Under the pieces are notes generated by a model, which saw only the letters and a program-made list of their open reading frames with translations, did no database searches and was not told where the DNA came from. The position numbers were made by a program, and so were the translations under genes. A DNA stretch of 64,000 nt from Tubiluchus corallicola (lineage: Eukaryota > Animalia > Priapulida): assembly GCA_030141605.1 (NCBI GenBank), contig JAQGDQ010000082.1, forward strand, positions 631,419 to 695,418, read 5' to 3'. This document shows, piece by piece, positions 14,801 through 29,300 of this stretch (positions are counted from its first letter, which is position 1; each line of letters opens with the position of its first letter).

Positions 14801-17800
14801 TAAATAGCTTTTCTGGTGAGTAGAGTAGGTTAGCAGTTATCGAATTGTAATTTATATCATAAGCTAATCCATCTAATTTGTAACTACCTAGTATATTATA
14901 GCTTATAATTGTTATAAATTGTTATAGTACAAACAATGTAGTCATTAGACAGAAATGTTACAATTTTCTTAACAGTTTTTCAAGAATTCAAGGGATGCAC
15001 CTCATGCGCATATTCCTAGACATGATTATATTAGAAATTCATTTATTATAATCATTTCCACTTGTCCAGATATGGCATCACTTGTAGATTTTATCTTAAA
15101 ATGTTCGACAGGAATTCGAATTATATAAATAATGCATTCTGTTCTTTTTTAGTAATGGAACATGTCTGATTACACATCTGCGACGAATTATCTATCATTA
15201 TATAGAATAATTAATTATCTTCTTCAAAATGCATTTAACCGTAATCAAGGTATTGAATGACACACTTCTTCAGCCCGCGCAAGGTACTGGGTTCAAATTC
15301 CCTGAATTTTCCAAATATTTTATTGATATTATGGATATTTACAGGCGATAATTCATCCAGGAAGAGGATAATTGGCTGGCATGCTAACTGCAGCCACTTT
15401 TTTTACTCCAAAGGCCAATTAGTCGCCGAATTTGTACGATAATGGGTCCCCATATTAAAGCTTGTTGGACCACGCACGGATCACCACGCACGCAAGGTAG
15501 GTAGTGAAGACTATAATAACAAATTTTCCTTCGAATATGACACAGGAGGTTATAATATCCACTTACTAATTTTTCTCAGTCAGCTGAGGATCTAACACAT
15601 TTAAGATGTTAAACCCAGACTGATTATTGCTTAGCGGAGGATAATTACAATAAGTCAGTAAGCTTTTATGACGTAATGAATTATGCGTGTATTGTTTCAT
15701 AAAATTATTTTTACAAGGAAACATGTATGTCAACGTGAAACTCAAAGCACCCAATGACTTCACCTCTCTCTCCGGTCTCTCCGATCTTTCTAAGCAGCAC
15801 ACACACTAGTGCACGCATGGTGTATAGCTTGTTAACGATACGCACGCATGCATAAGCTCGAAAGCGGCCGACGACAACTCCCCCACTCAAGGTCTTAAAA
15901 TCGAACAAAAGGCATTTCCGCGCAGCAAACAAAAGCACACCGGAAATACTAGCACCCATTCATGTGCTTTCTCAGAGCATGGTTCACCCCCCAGACCTGT
16001 AAGCTGTAAAACGGGATGAAGAAAGTAGGTTTGCTAATGCGACTAAAATGTTCCCTGAAACGCAAAAATCGATAAAATAGCATCCTGTATGGGCTACCAG
16101 AAAAGGGATTTTGGAAAATTTCTTTAAAACTATAGCTGCGAACACTTAGGATTTCAAAAAGTGAAAACGCTACGGTATGAAAACACATTTTACGGGATAG
16201 AATAATATGATTCATGCCTATAGATCTATAATCTCCTAAAAAGACTTAATACACAAATTACAAAGTTGTGCGCGCATAAGCATTGGACAAAAAACCTCTC
16301 CCAAAAGTGTAATAATAGATTTGATTTAATATCTATAAAGGATGTTCTAAAAGAAACAGTGCACTAAGAAGTGTTATAAGCACACAGTAGGTCAAACAAG
16401 TTATTTGGTAGAAAAATTGGAACAATGACGGCCTTTGTCAAAATATGAAATTATTTTTACGTCATAATGCAAGTCCAGGTTCATTTTGTCATATTTCTAT
16501 TGCACAGATTCTTTTGGAATGCCCTGTAGAACCAGTAACACTACAGCAGACTGCCGCAGGCAAACTTGCAAATTTGTTCCCCTGCTTTTAATAGCAAAAG
16601 CGCACTCGTAAAAAATTGCCCATTTCTTCCAAAAATCGTCAACACGAAAAGCTAAAAATGATTTCCGTCGCCTTTGGCGGAAAGGAAAAATATGAGCATC
16701 ATGAATCAGGTAGCCTGAGTGAGCAGGTATATAATAATGTACCAATGATGTTCAAAATGGCAGACAGGATATGAAACGTATTCAGTGATCACGTCATTTG
16801 TACTCCATCGTGGGAACTGCAACACATTTACATAACACATTTGCATAATGACCAAAGCTCAGACCAAAAGAAATATAAGCCTTGTCAGCATAACTCGTGA
16901 AAATAACTGTTTATAGGCGTAAATCTAACATACAAAAACATGAAAATGCAGAGCAAAACTCTTAAAAGAGTGAAAATCAATGCAGGCAAAAATTTAACTC
17001 AATTAATCACTGAGTTACGACAAGCAGGTCATCAGCAGTTATCATGCTTCATTGAGTTTCAGAGCTTAACTGGACCCTCTAAAAAGTGACAAAAATGACT
17101 TTAGAAGTAATGAACACAAATGACACCTAAAACAATCAGCAAGGTATCAAAGCAAAATAACACCACAGCAACTATTAAACTGCTTTATTTTAAAAAAATA
17201 GTGTCTTGTTTCACCTCAAGACCGCGTGATTTTGCACACACAAAGCCTAATGACCAATGGAAGTGTGAAAATTATCTAGAATTGCGGCCACTAGGTTGCA
17301 CCACAGGCCTCTAATTGGTGCCAAAATTTCACTTTTCCGCAGTAATTAACGAAAGTCAAGCAAATGTATGCTACAGCTCGTACTTCAAAACATTCCTAAC
17401 TGATGGTTTTAAAGTATATAGCGTTACTATACTTTGCACAGTAATACAGGCATATGCAGGTATTATATAGCATACATACACTTGCCTTCTGGCGTTAGGT
17501 GACAGATGCATGTATGTAGGTAAAATATTGTCTACGAAGTAAGAAGGAAGGTAAAGACAGTTAAGGAGCCAAGCTGGCAGTAAAATTAATGACCTGCCAC
17601 GAAGCTAAACTGTAATGGCTTATCGTACTCTGTGCAATTAAATTACTAAAGGGGCAATAAACTAATTCCGACCTATAGGGAGCTAAGACAACTCAGTCTT
17701 ATTGATACTTAAGACAGGAAGTGCCTGACTTATTGTAGACAAGCTGATAAACAAAGCAAATTTTTAGGAACAGCACAGCAAGTTAAGATTTCTGACATTC

Positions 17801-17921
17801 CGTCAGAAATGAAACGACCTGCGTGATCTTTCTTCCCACGTATTTTTGAAAAGGCGCTTAGAAATGTAAATCAGTTCTAAAAAAGCAGTTTAAAAGCAGT
17901 TTAATTAGTGACAAAGCATAC

Positions 17922-18041
17922 CTGCACAGCACTGTTGAGGAAGCAATTATTCTCTCCTGGATGATTGGTCAGTCCCTTGGTGTTAGTAATGGACATCCGA
18001 CACCGGCGAGAATATTGAGGAGGCACTTGAACAGCAGCCAT
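17922..18041 (-). CDS. USP54: USP53/USP54-family ubiquitin-specific peptidase, first coding exon (40 codons); downstream exons not located in this window
   Basis: MAAVQVPPQYSRRCRMSITNTKGLTNHPGENNCFLNSAVQ carries the Cys-box KGLxNxPGxNxCFLNSA(V/L)Q of USP53/54. It ends at a phase-0 donor CAG|GTATGC. Acceptors lie upstream at 18107-18108 and 18061-18062. USP53 versus USP54 cannot be resolved. Confidence 0.85.
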
Positions 18042-18076
18042 TGTGAATTCACGGAATCTTCTGAATATCAAAAATT

Positions 18077-18099
18077 TCACAGCATTCAATTTATTTCAT
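18077..18099 (-). promoter_or_regulatory. Two dipeptide uORFs (ATG AAA TAA; ATG CTG TGA) in the USP53/54 5' UTR
   Basis: Minus strand reads tttatacag|ggtggccATGAAATAAattgaATGCTGTGA...cacaATGGCT. Confidence 0.55.
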
Positions 18100-20372
18100 G
18101 GCCACCCTGTATAAAACAAAAAAGACTTGTCATTGAAGTCAGTGCTTAGGATCTGCAAAGTAACTCACGTAAGGAAATCTTGTATGTTACCTGATTTATA
18201 TATTTTAGTAGACATTAAAGTGAAAACCACAGATGCATAGTCACCTGACCACATCACCTATAACAACGTAATGCTTGTTCTAAATGGAGTTCCATTTTTT
18301 CAGATTCAATTCTACAGGTAATCCATTGTTGCAGTTCCACAAAACACCTTTCAATAAGTTAAATTAAAATGTCACGTAGGTATAGGCTGTTAATCACGTG
18401 TCACCTTACCAGAAAATCAAGAACGATTGTGCACAAGCTAGTCTTTATAAAAACAAGGCTGATAAATAGGCTTACTGAAGCCTTTAAATTAATTTTTAAA
18501 AACTTTGGTTTTTGCATAAGAATGATGACATAAAACTACATCAGTATTAGAACTGTCACATTGCAAGAGCAAAACTGGGTAGATGGGTTTAATAAAAGAA
18601 AATTCTTATGTGGACGCAGGTTTTTAACGCAATAAAATCATGATAATATAAGGCGAAAGTAAAAACGCGAGCAATCGCATGTAGAATTGTGCAAAGTCAA
18701 TCTTAACTTGATTATAAGTTTTTTTAAAACCCATCTATTACATTATTACAGATGAAGTTCAATGAACACCAGTGCATAATATAGCCTAATTATCACTTGC
18801 ACAATTCTAACCTGTTGTAGACTTCTATGTCCCTTTAGCTTTAGCTGTCGATAATGACAGCAATTTCTCCGAGACGCCCAACAATTTAAAACAGCGCCAC
18901 AAAGCGGGGAAAGTTTAAATAATAAACACGCACTGCGTTTATAAGCACAATAGCTTATTCACAACTCTCCAATTACAATACCCAAGGCTTATTCAGTTCA
19001 GGCACTATTACGTAAAAGCGCTCTATGAACTTTTCAAATTCGATTGAACTACAACGTCGGGTTGAGCAACAAGTTTAGAAATGTGTTACAAGGTAGTTCA
19101 AAAGTCAAAGAAATTTTATTAACTTTCATTAACAAAGGCAGAATGGCTAGTTCATTGAAATGCAAATTTTACAACTGTTGAAATGTTTACTGTTTCTCAA
19201 CTTTAAAAAGCTTGAAGTAGGAACGCACGCAGGACGAAACTGTATAGTCAATTCTTTAAATTCAGTGTGTCTTAATAATGACAAGTGAAAATTAAATAGC
19301 AGAAATTTTTTACAGCAAAATAAGCTGCTCAACACAATTACGAAATATACCTTTTAGCACTAAAACTTTTTGATACTCGTAGTAGTAGACTATGTAGCAG
19401 CTCAAGACTTAAGTTGAGCATCTATAGGTTCAACTTGAAAAAAATGAAACTGAACGAATTCGCTTTTACAAACTCGCTTTTTGTTATCAATATAAAGTGA
19501 TCCATTGTTATGATTAAATATGCAGTTAGGTTACAATCAATATGCAGAGCAAAAGCTAGCAATTTCACCTGCGCTACGCATTGTGTACAAATATCGTCGC
19601 CGTTGTCATAGCAACCACCAGGTGATTCACCTACATGAGCTACTTGAAAGCTACAATACGCTCTCGGACGCAGGAGCGACTTTTTTACTCGATGCGCAGA
19701 CGCCGAGATTAGGCCAACATTCATCCAGGTAAAAATTCAATTCAATTAAGCACTAAACACGCAAAGTAACATTTTTTCATTATAATCTCGTTTCAACATT
19801 TCGCCTCGTATTCTTTCTGTAATCTGGTTTTCGCGTTTCGCCAACTTTCTCGTTAATAACGTAATTATCGTGAACTCTGACGTTAATAATTCTTGAAATC
19901 GAGAACCTGTCAGATTAAGTTACCAGTAAGAAGTAATAAAGATACATTATTGTCAGAATTTAACTGGTACTGCGACTGTGTTAATGTCAAAAGTTGGAAT
20001 TTAAAATGACCCATATTTGATTATTTGTATAAGTGCAAGTGATTAGAAGAATCATTCATTTTAACCATAAACGCACAAAAAATTGTAACTTCACATGTTT
20101 TGCAATCAGTGAAACACCGTGCTACGTTATCATAGTAAACTTCAGCACAAAAACATGCATTACTAGTTCCATGCAAACATGGAACCAGTAAGTAAATGGC
20201 TGGTGGTCACGGGTAACTGGATAAGAACTGAGAAATTTCTATCTGGATGAGTTAACTACACAGCATCCTCGAGTATAGCTTTCTAATATTATATGAGAGC
20301 TAAAAAAATTATTCTAAGGAGGGTTCAACAGTTGTTATGAAACTTGGAAATAAAACGCGTTTTATTAAGCGC

Positions 20373-20570
20373 ACAAAATAGAGTACCAAGTGACTTGAAT
20401 GGGGCGATAGCAATGCCAACATACGTAATCCTAAGTTACACTGAGACAAGGGCATCAGCATGATTACTACTACAAAACAAAGTACCAGGTGACTTGCATA
20501 GGGCGATAGCAGTGCCAACAACGGTAATCCCAGTTACACTGAGACAAGAACATCAGAATGATTACCACTA
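20373..20570. repeat. Tandem duplication, 2 x ~99 bp
   Basis: acaaaa..agtacca.gtgacttg..t.gggcgatagca.tgccaaca...gttacactgagacaag..catcag.atgattac.acta starts at both 20373 and 20472. Confidence 0.9.
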
Positions 20571-22881
20571 CCTCGTTACGCCTCCCTTACATCCTTTTAC
20601 ACGGGAAATTTGAATAATAACGGTAGATGCACACTTGGACAATTGCACACCTAACCATTCGCAGCGTGCAGAACAATAGCGCAAGTTATGCAAGGCAAGG
20701 TGGGCTGATCAGTGTACACTACGGTTATAATTATCTTTTTCCCCAAATCCTAAATTAGAAACTTTTCAGGCAATTTCGAGAAATCAAGAACAAAGGAACT
20801 GGACTGGTGACACATATCTAGTCCCACAGCGGGAACAGAAAGTTAGATTAGTCTATAAGGGAGATATTCTGTCTCACTCGATTCGAAATACTCTTTTTTC
20901 TGAGGTTTACTTGGTGGTAATAATAATTCTGAAAACGATTAATTCAGCTCATGATCAGGCCACCTAATTTCAAGCCAAGATTTTCTCATTCTTAATCAAA
21001 ATATGAACAGCCATATCTCACAACAAAAATGAGTGGCACGTCCTTGGTCACTATTCTTTAAGAACCTCGATTCTCGATAACTACGAATAATTTGCAAAAT
21101 GAAAAAATCTCTGACCAGCAAGTCTCCCGTTGCAGCTGCACAGTTCTAATCGCGCACAGGTGTGATTTGGCACAACGTCAAGCTCCCGATGGGTGAAAAT
21201 GCAAACAATCCCATAAAGTTTCGGGAGGTTAAACTGCACAAGAGATTTGCTTAACACACTTGACGGTACTTAGTATTAGAGTACAAACAAACGCAATGGG
21301 TTCCAACCTTGAAAATTCGAAACTATGTCAGTGGACTAAGCCTAATTTCACCACTAGGACCGCCATACTAGATCCATCGCAACCCCCACATACTATATAG
21401 AGTGTAAAAATAAAAAGTATTGTGAGTCGTAAAAAGTATATTCACAAACTTTAAGTCAAAACAAATGAAGATGCAGTACGCCCATTATTTGATACAATAA
21501 TACAAATTATAGGAGGAGAAATATTTGAGTTAGCCTTAATTCAAAATCATCCATTTTAATTTCTTAAGTACAGATAAAACAAAATTGCACTTCGCAGAAG
21601 CCATTATGATCCTTAAGTGAACAGAGCACTGGAGCAAAGCAGCATGCAAAGGTCAAAACGGTCCTAAGTACTTGCACACATATATATCTATATATACGAA
21701 CATAAATAAGTCACTTGAAGCACAGACAGTTCTAGAAATGACAACAAATTTTAAGTATTGCTGTCTCGATGGATTCAGAGGTTTAATAGTTTTAAATGAT
21801 AACGAAACTAAATGTGTTCTATAATTGTTTTTTTCGGACAGAATGATATTAACCTTGTAGCGCCAGGCATGTGTAAACGAAAAGCAGTATATACGTTACA
21901 CTAATTAACTCGTCCTTCAAAAAAACACTAAGCCTCGTACAATACTGAATACATGAACACAAAATTATCCACGAATGGTTTAATGAGAATTACTCAAGGT
22001 ATTTTCAACTCATGCAACATCTTTTTCAGACCGTTCTACTGTTGGTTAATGGCGCTGAATGGCAGGAAGTAACCATGAAAACAAACAATGACTCAAATTG
22101 TAAACAAGATTCATGAGCACAGATGTACACGGAAGTTAACCAATTAAAAAGGGGGTTTCCTTTCATTTTTATTAAAATCACTGCCATGCATGTAAGAACA
22201 CTCGAACTACCATGTAGCATCCAACCGTCCCCTGTCTAATGTAGTTTCTCTTTTAGCAAAAGTCTCTACTGAGTGTATATGTAAGTGTAGTAAAGCAAAT
22301 TTTTGTAGCATCTCATCAACAAGAAAACAAATGTACAGTTGTACATTGTACAATCTGTATATTATAATGATCTATACCATGCATGTATAATGTTGTTCAC
22401 GGGACATGTTTAGGGGACACAATTTTCTATTAAGTGACCGTTTGATCTTACTAGGAGTACTATCTGCACAACAAGCTAGGTAAAAATTTGTCTTTGGAAT
22501 ACTACTAATAATGCAGATAAAGTATACCGCATATCCTCCATACAGTGGATCAGCCACTAACCATCAGATCAGCTCTGAAAATCTTTCTCATTGAGTGGCC
22601 ATTATGGTCACGTATAAACTTGTAAAAGGATTTCAGCGCTAGCTAGCCAAGTGCAAAATAGAGTTTGACAGCTAGTTAGAGAACAAATCAACCAAACTCA
22701 CAGAAAGGTTTGTAGAAAAATTCTAGTTAACAAAAAGGATAAACGATTGGTATGGACAGTAATCTAGGTCGCTCGTACAATCACGCATTACGCGAACAAA
22801 AAACTTCCGATCCTTTCTTAGAAGCACAATTATTATTGTACAATAAATATTACAGCTTTACAAATTTTATACCAGCTCCTA

Positions 22882-23040
22882 CGGTGACCAGTAATAAAGC
22901 CACAGGGAAAAAAAGTCACGGAAAAAATCGCAATTTTGGCTAAAAAAGGTCACAACTGGCTAGGATTAGGGTTAGGGTTAGAGTTCATGTTAGGACTTTT
23001 TCCTGTGTCTTTCTTCCTGTGACTTTTTTACATGAATTCA
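22882..23040. mobile_element. Short non-autonomous DNA element with internal TTAGGG repeats and a 6-7 bp target-site duplication
   Basis: Flanked by ctccta(c) at 22876 and 23041. Subterminal aaaaaagtcac / gtgacttttt units are in inverted orientation around a central ggattagggttagggttag. Confidence 0.7.
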
Positions 23041-26019
23041 CTCCTACAGTATGTTTCTTATACATGGATACGTATTTTTAAGTCAAAATTAAAGCACAGT
23101 TATCGCACTATTGCACTAGAAATTGCCTACGTGTTCCCCTAAGTTGGCCACATGTATATCCAAGTTGTTGTACACAAATACATAGCCATAAACGCTACTT
23201 CCAAGTCATAAAATTATTAGACATTGCTACTAGGCGACGCATATGTACACAGCCTTTACGGTACGATACACACCTAAATGCAAACTGTGAAGATATCAGA
23301 TAAAAAATTTCATTCGTCGGAAAATTTTAAAACATGCTTAGAATTAGCTAAGCGTGTCATATAAGTAATAAAAATATTATAGTTTGATTATGGCAGAACA
23401 TTATGTAATAATTTGGTGAATAATTTTACAAGGTTACATAATTTGTTTGAGCAGCATCAACGCCATAAGCTATTAAATGGATTAACCTGTAACTACGAGA
23501 AGAGAAAATATGTATGAATGTGTGTTTCTAGTGTATCAATAGGTTTTAGAAAGGTAAAGTAGATCAGTAAAAAACAAAAAGAAAGGAAAACGATTTTTAG
23601 AAATACATAAATTATTTATTCGTTTATTGTTTTATTTATTCATTCTTGTGTTCGTTTGTTCGTTCATTTATACATTCATTTATAATAAATTATTTATATT
23701 CATTTATAAAAGTGATTTTGACTTGAAGAAATTTGTAGAAAGAAATACAGTGTAAAAATGAAATAGTTTGATAGTCTCCTAGTATGCTTGCAGCTGCATG
23801 TAAATCAGTTACAGAATCTATGTAACCACGGTGTATGCACTTTTCTTTCCTGTTCAATTTTCACCATTGTACCTTTACATGACTAAGAAGGGAGGCAGGA
23901 CAAAAGAAGCCACGTCTCGCACGTGTTCAGGTGAGTGAAATTACACACATGCTGATTCATTAGAAGAAAACGGTGCACAACGATTCCCACACGTGCAAGG
24001 GGAGTACATTACTTAATTATATACGACAGGACTGCATGGGGTGTGCCAGATCAGTGATTTTACCGACTAAGTTAATTAATAATCCCACAGAACAGCATGT
24101 ATAGTAAAAATCATAATTGCGCTGAGGTCCTGTACCATAGTAACATCACCTATATAGCGAATATAAAATAGTTTAATAACGTAGTAAAACTTATTACAGG
24201 TCTAAATACAGGTACAAAAGTGCATCAAGGTTTCAAGTTAGATTAAATTATCTAGCAGATTGGAGCTATGAAAGAAAACCTGGTACCTGGTTAGAACTAT
24301 TTGATTTGCATTTGCTTTTTTAATAACCAAAACTAGTTATCTCTTCCTAAACTGTTTAGACTAGCTAAAGAAAAATACTGAGTTGAATGGTTCTTTGTTA
24401 AGTCTAGATGTCTTGCATGAGATTTAAAACATTAATGCTTGTAATTATGCTTCTCTACAGGGGCTCAGAAAATCTTTGCATCCTACCCCACGTGACCTAG
24501 CTGCTGTTAGTCACGTGACAAGGCTTTGTCTTGGCATAATTGGAAGCTGATTTGAATGGAAACAGGTAAGGCTGGCTAATGCATACGCTGAAGACTAGAT
24601 TTTCAGGTAGAGAGAGTATCTGCTGGAAGTGGATAGAGTCTAGTATCGTGGAAAATCGTGAAGAACGAAGCACATGAAATGACTGACATCTTTGGCAATG
24701 AGGAAATTTTCAAATTATTTAAAAAAATTATAAGATAAGAATAGCAATATGCATTTAATTATCAGTTAAATCAAAACAAAATGTACGTTTTTAAATAACA
24801 TTATTTCAAGCAAACTAAGATGACACGGAACCGTACTAACAGTCACCATATTTATATATCTAATAGATATTTTAACCTGCATTATATGTAGGAATGCCCT
24901 TAGGTAGAAATTCTATACATTCTTGCGGTCTTTGTTGAAGATATGATTGTATTGTTCTGCACTTATATGAAATTTTTACACATTGTGCCCTCAAACCGGG
25001 TCATTCGGGTCACCTACTCCTATGTTGCAGTCAATATTCTTGCCTCGTGGCTGTTGTTTTATTCATCAGGTAAGACAATTGGACGTTCTGAAAGGACAGG
25101 GTTAAAGTCAATAACACCTGCGAATCCAGGCCACCACCAAAGGTCAGTGACACGGGCTGGACATTGCAGGACAATGATGTAATACCTATAATGATGAAGT
25201 GGATTAAAACGCTATAATGAGCTTAATGAGAACAATTAACACCTGTCCTGCAATTGTCATAAACAAGTTGAGGTTAGGCGCAAATTATTCATCAGGATCA
25301 TTTGCCAACCTTAAATACAACGTATTCGGTTTGTTTGTTTGGTTGGTTATTCGTTCGTTGGTTTATTCAATCATTCACTCGTTTGTTTAACAGTATGTAT
25401 GTCTATTTGTTGGCTTCGTTCTTTTGTTATTTCACTGAATCTAATTCATCTTTTCAAGCGTGTTTAAAGATCATGTGAGTTATCCCATAATAAACTTCAA
25501 AGCACACACAAATGTCACAACATGCAAGTTTAGTCGTCACGTTACTTTAAACAACATATAAAGCTACAAATTAGATGTCAATAGTTTATAAGAATTTATC
25601 ACTTATTAGATTCACTGTTCATGTGCGTATTGACTCAGTGGTTCAATTCAATATTAGCCAAATCTTTACAATAGTAATCACTTTATTTGCCACTGAGTTA
25701 CAAGTACTACGTCAACCTGTGTGTGTCTTTCCCTCACTGCGTGTAACCCTTCGTGCTTTTCGGAAAAGCCACAATTTCCATTTCCTGAGCTATCGATATG
25801 GTATGAATCAATTAAGTGCATGACTCATCGCAACAGGTAAATGAATATCCTAGTGTGTGACGACGGTGAGTACTACAAGCCTAAATTCAGCCACAACTGA
25901 CGTGATAATTGCCACTTCAGCAGGGAAATAAGCACTGCTGTTATAACGCATAAACTACTTAGGTGTGCATGAACTATCAGCGCATTCGGACTAATAGTTG
26001 AGCGTATTTACCAAAAGCA

Positions 26020-26305
26020 CGAAAGAAAGAGGGCGAGAGAGAGAAAAAGAGAGAGAAGGAAAGGCAGAGAGGGAGAGGGAGTATGAGAGAAAAGAGTCTG
26101 GGGAAAGAAAGGGAAAGGAAAAGGAAAAGAGAGAAACGGAGAGAGAGGTCTAAGTAATAGTTAAAAAGAGAGGCACAAAAATCAAATAGAAGAGGCAGAA
26201 GAAAGAGACAAGGGGAAAGGAAAAGACAGAAAGAGAGAGGGAGATCTGAGTAATAGTTAAAAAGAGAGGCACAAATCAATCAATGGAAGAGGCAGAAAGA
26301 TGGAA
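26020..26305. repeat. Polypurine (GA-rich) low-complexity tract with an internal duplication
   Basis: About 280 bp that is almost all purine on the + strand; agtaatagttaaaaagagaggcacaaa occurs twice. Confidence 0.8.
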
Positions 26306-29300
26306 GTGGCACACTATTAATATATGAGTTGAAATGCCACACTATTAATATATGTTTGTTGTTTACATGAAAATTGCCACTCTGCGTGATTCTCTACTAC
26401 ACTAATATTTACCATAATTAATAGCGGCATGCTGCTACAAACAAGCCGACGTGGAAGAAAGAGAAAAGGTGTTTGCCCACCTAATAACGTCTTCTCCGTC
26501 ATGTCACAGAGATGTTTGTTAGTTACGCCTATTGTGGATACAAGAAAGTGAAGCTGTCCTACTCTTTGTCACGCTGTAGTAATAACCATAGTAACAGCAC
26601 AGGCATGGAAATTAAAATAGGAAAAACACATTATTACAAAGGAGATGATTTTTTTCGTAATAATTGCAAATAATCCAAATTCACAGTAAGTCAACAATTT
26701 AAAGTACTAGACACCTGGATTTCAGCCTCAGATTTACACTTTTATAACTCATTGACCGTTGGACATTTCTATGAGTGACCATTAGGCTGATTTAATCTAT
26801 TTTCCAACCATCTGGGCACGAAATCTGGCGACTACCTGGTGAACATGTGTCCAGGTAGGCGGTTCAATGACAACCATGCTCGAACTAGTCTAGTGACAAA
26901 CTAAGCTAGAAATCTGTAACTACACAAGCACATTTTATTGACTATTTTTGCTTAATGTACAATTAATTGTAACGGTAAGTCAAAAGGGACATCGTATTAC
27001 GTATTCATGTAGGTAATTAAAAAAAAACTAGTGTCAAAAGAAAGACAGATAAAACATAAGTTCTGGTTCAGTGTTACCTAGGTCTGGGTGCCCGGTATTA
27101 ATAAAAGGGTAAGAACCATTCTGCGCATGATTGACATTTTGCCTGCCAAAAAGGACTCACATAACGAAATCTCAACAATGCCCTCAAGAATTGCTTACAA
27201 TAATGTTGCAAAACACAGAAAGAACAGGAAAGATTCGATTTCCACGCAGCCTCCGTCGCCCGGGCAATCCTGGAAGCATTTCCATGGAAACATGCATCCA
27301 CAAAGCGCGGATTAGCCGCATTAAATAAGTACCTAAATCTGCTTTTTGTGTTGGACTAAGCTCTGGTTAGTAGAGGATACCTTTACCTAGAAGATTAAAT
27401 AAATCAATGAATTTGTATGTATGACAAAATCATTTTACAAAGACTGACCGAAATTTTACTTTTCTTTGCAGTTGCAAATAAGTGTGAAAATCGCAAGAAA
27501 CGAATGATAAGAAAATAGCTACCTACAGAGAAGATGAGACAATAAATCCTAAGATACTCATGATGCAAGTTAACAATAACACCTTCTTTTCATAATTAGT
27601 TACATAAAAAGATACACTGGGGTTATATAAAACAGGACAAGTTATGTACATCCAAATGTTGTTTCACATCCGCATCTGCTACATAGTTTATTGCAAAACC
27701 TTCCTGTACAAAATCATGCATATGATATTAGATATAAATAGCTGTCCAATGCCAGGGTTAACACAAATGTGAAAGTTCATCTTCTATTGTTGGCCGCTTC
27801 TTCCTTATTCAAGATTCTAGAAGGGTAGATCTAGGAACAGATTTGGAGCCCGTAAAACAGGCATTAGAAAACCACCAGCTATGACAAGGCCATGAAAATA
27901 TCTTCAAAAACAATTTAATTTACCTTTTCTATAAATATTTAGCGTTATCGTGTCCTCAAGAGGTTTAAGTTTTTGACGTTTTCCTACTTTTACATACACC
28001 CCTGAACGTCTGCCTTGTATGCAAGACAGGTTACCGGACAGAGTCCTACAGAGGTGGATGCACTTTCAACGCCTTTGTAGCAGCGAACTTGCAAATTTGG
28101 TCAGTGAATGATTTCTGAATGGAAGAGCTTGTTATTTATGCTAAGCTATAGTCACTAAAAATCTGAAGTTCATAATCATGTTAAATGCAGTTTGGCAAAA
28201 AACTATGACGATGTTGATGGCTTTCAACACTGAACGTTACAAATGGGGAGACAACTATGGTGATGATGATACCGATAATGATACTGATGACAGCTAGGCT
28301 ACGGCAACAACGACAATGATGATAATGATGATGCAGGGCACGTGACGAAGACAAAATTTCGAAACTAATAAAGTTCACAATTTGCAAAGAATAAAAAACA
28401 TAAAGCAACAATCACCGCCCAGTAAAGATGCGATGACCTCTTGTACCAAACTCTTGTCCAGGTCGCTTACCAGGCTGTATAGGGATTATAACGTGGTCAT
28501 TTCGAACAAATCTTCGAATTTGTAAGATTACCACCAGCCATTGTCTGCGTGCCAAGTCGACAATCTACTAAATTATTAATTATCAAAAGAGTTAATCAAG
28601 CAAATGAAATGCCCCTCAAATTGAGCTCAGAGCTCGATTTCAATCAACACAAGTAATTAACTGGACAAAGAGTTACGGGCAGGTGAGACATGGATTAAGA
28701 CGAAAGATTGATTTTCAGTCTTAGCCAAGAGTCAATGTCCAATTATTACACTAAGTAAGAGATCTGGTAACCTGGTCAGATGGTTACAGATCATACACCA
28801 AACGCTTCACTATCTGTAAGATTCGGCGAATAGCATCTCTATGCAATTCGATACTATTTATAACTTATGAATTTATATCATACATTGATTCAGTAAGGGT
28901 GTGAAAGATAGTATAAAATGCCGTTTCATATATGCATCCAGCAGTAGATTCATGCAGCAAGTATACGTGCCCATTCTTTCCTTTGTACGAGTCTCTTTAC
29001 CTCGTACAAATCTCCAAAAACAAGTTGGATAAAACCACAAAATGTCACAAGATAAACATAGAAACAGACAGTCGAGAAGGTTAGAAAAATAACACAGCTT
29101 GCCCTTCATTATGAGACTCTAACACCTGAATAAGCTATCCAATCCACCCCTTTCCAAATTTTTGGGGACTGGCTTACATACATGAAACAGTCTGTGCATA
29201 AAACTCATCACTTTACTTAAGAGATTTTAAGAAAACGTAATAAGTGAACACTGCGGTCACTAACTTTTTTATTTCCTCACTAAATGTAAACGATATTTTA

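Noticed and set aside
15255-15310. gggttcaaattccc B-box-like motif (possible tRNA)
   Set aside because: No matching A box or cloverleaf; at most a SINE remnant.
1-17921. Second USP53/54 coding exon (expected to start VLWxLD.FRRS)
   Set aside because: Not found by eye or in the ORF track. It probably lies left of the window, although a short exon could have been missed.
20373-20570. Repeat pair considered as a CRISPR-like or structured array
   Set aside because: Only two adjacent units with no spacers, in a eukaryotic intron; an ordinary tandem duplication.
25977-26279. Hydrophobic 100-aa ORF resembling a membrane protein
   Set aside because: It is the translation of the GA-rich low-complexity tract.
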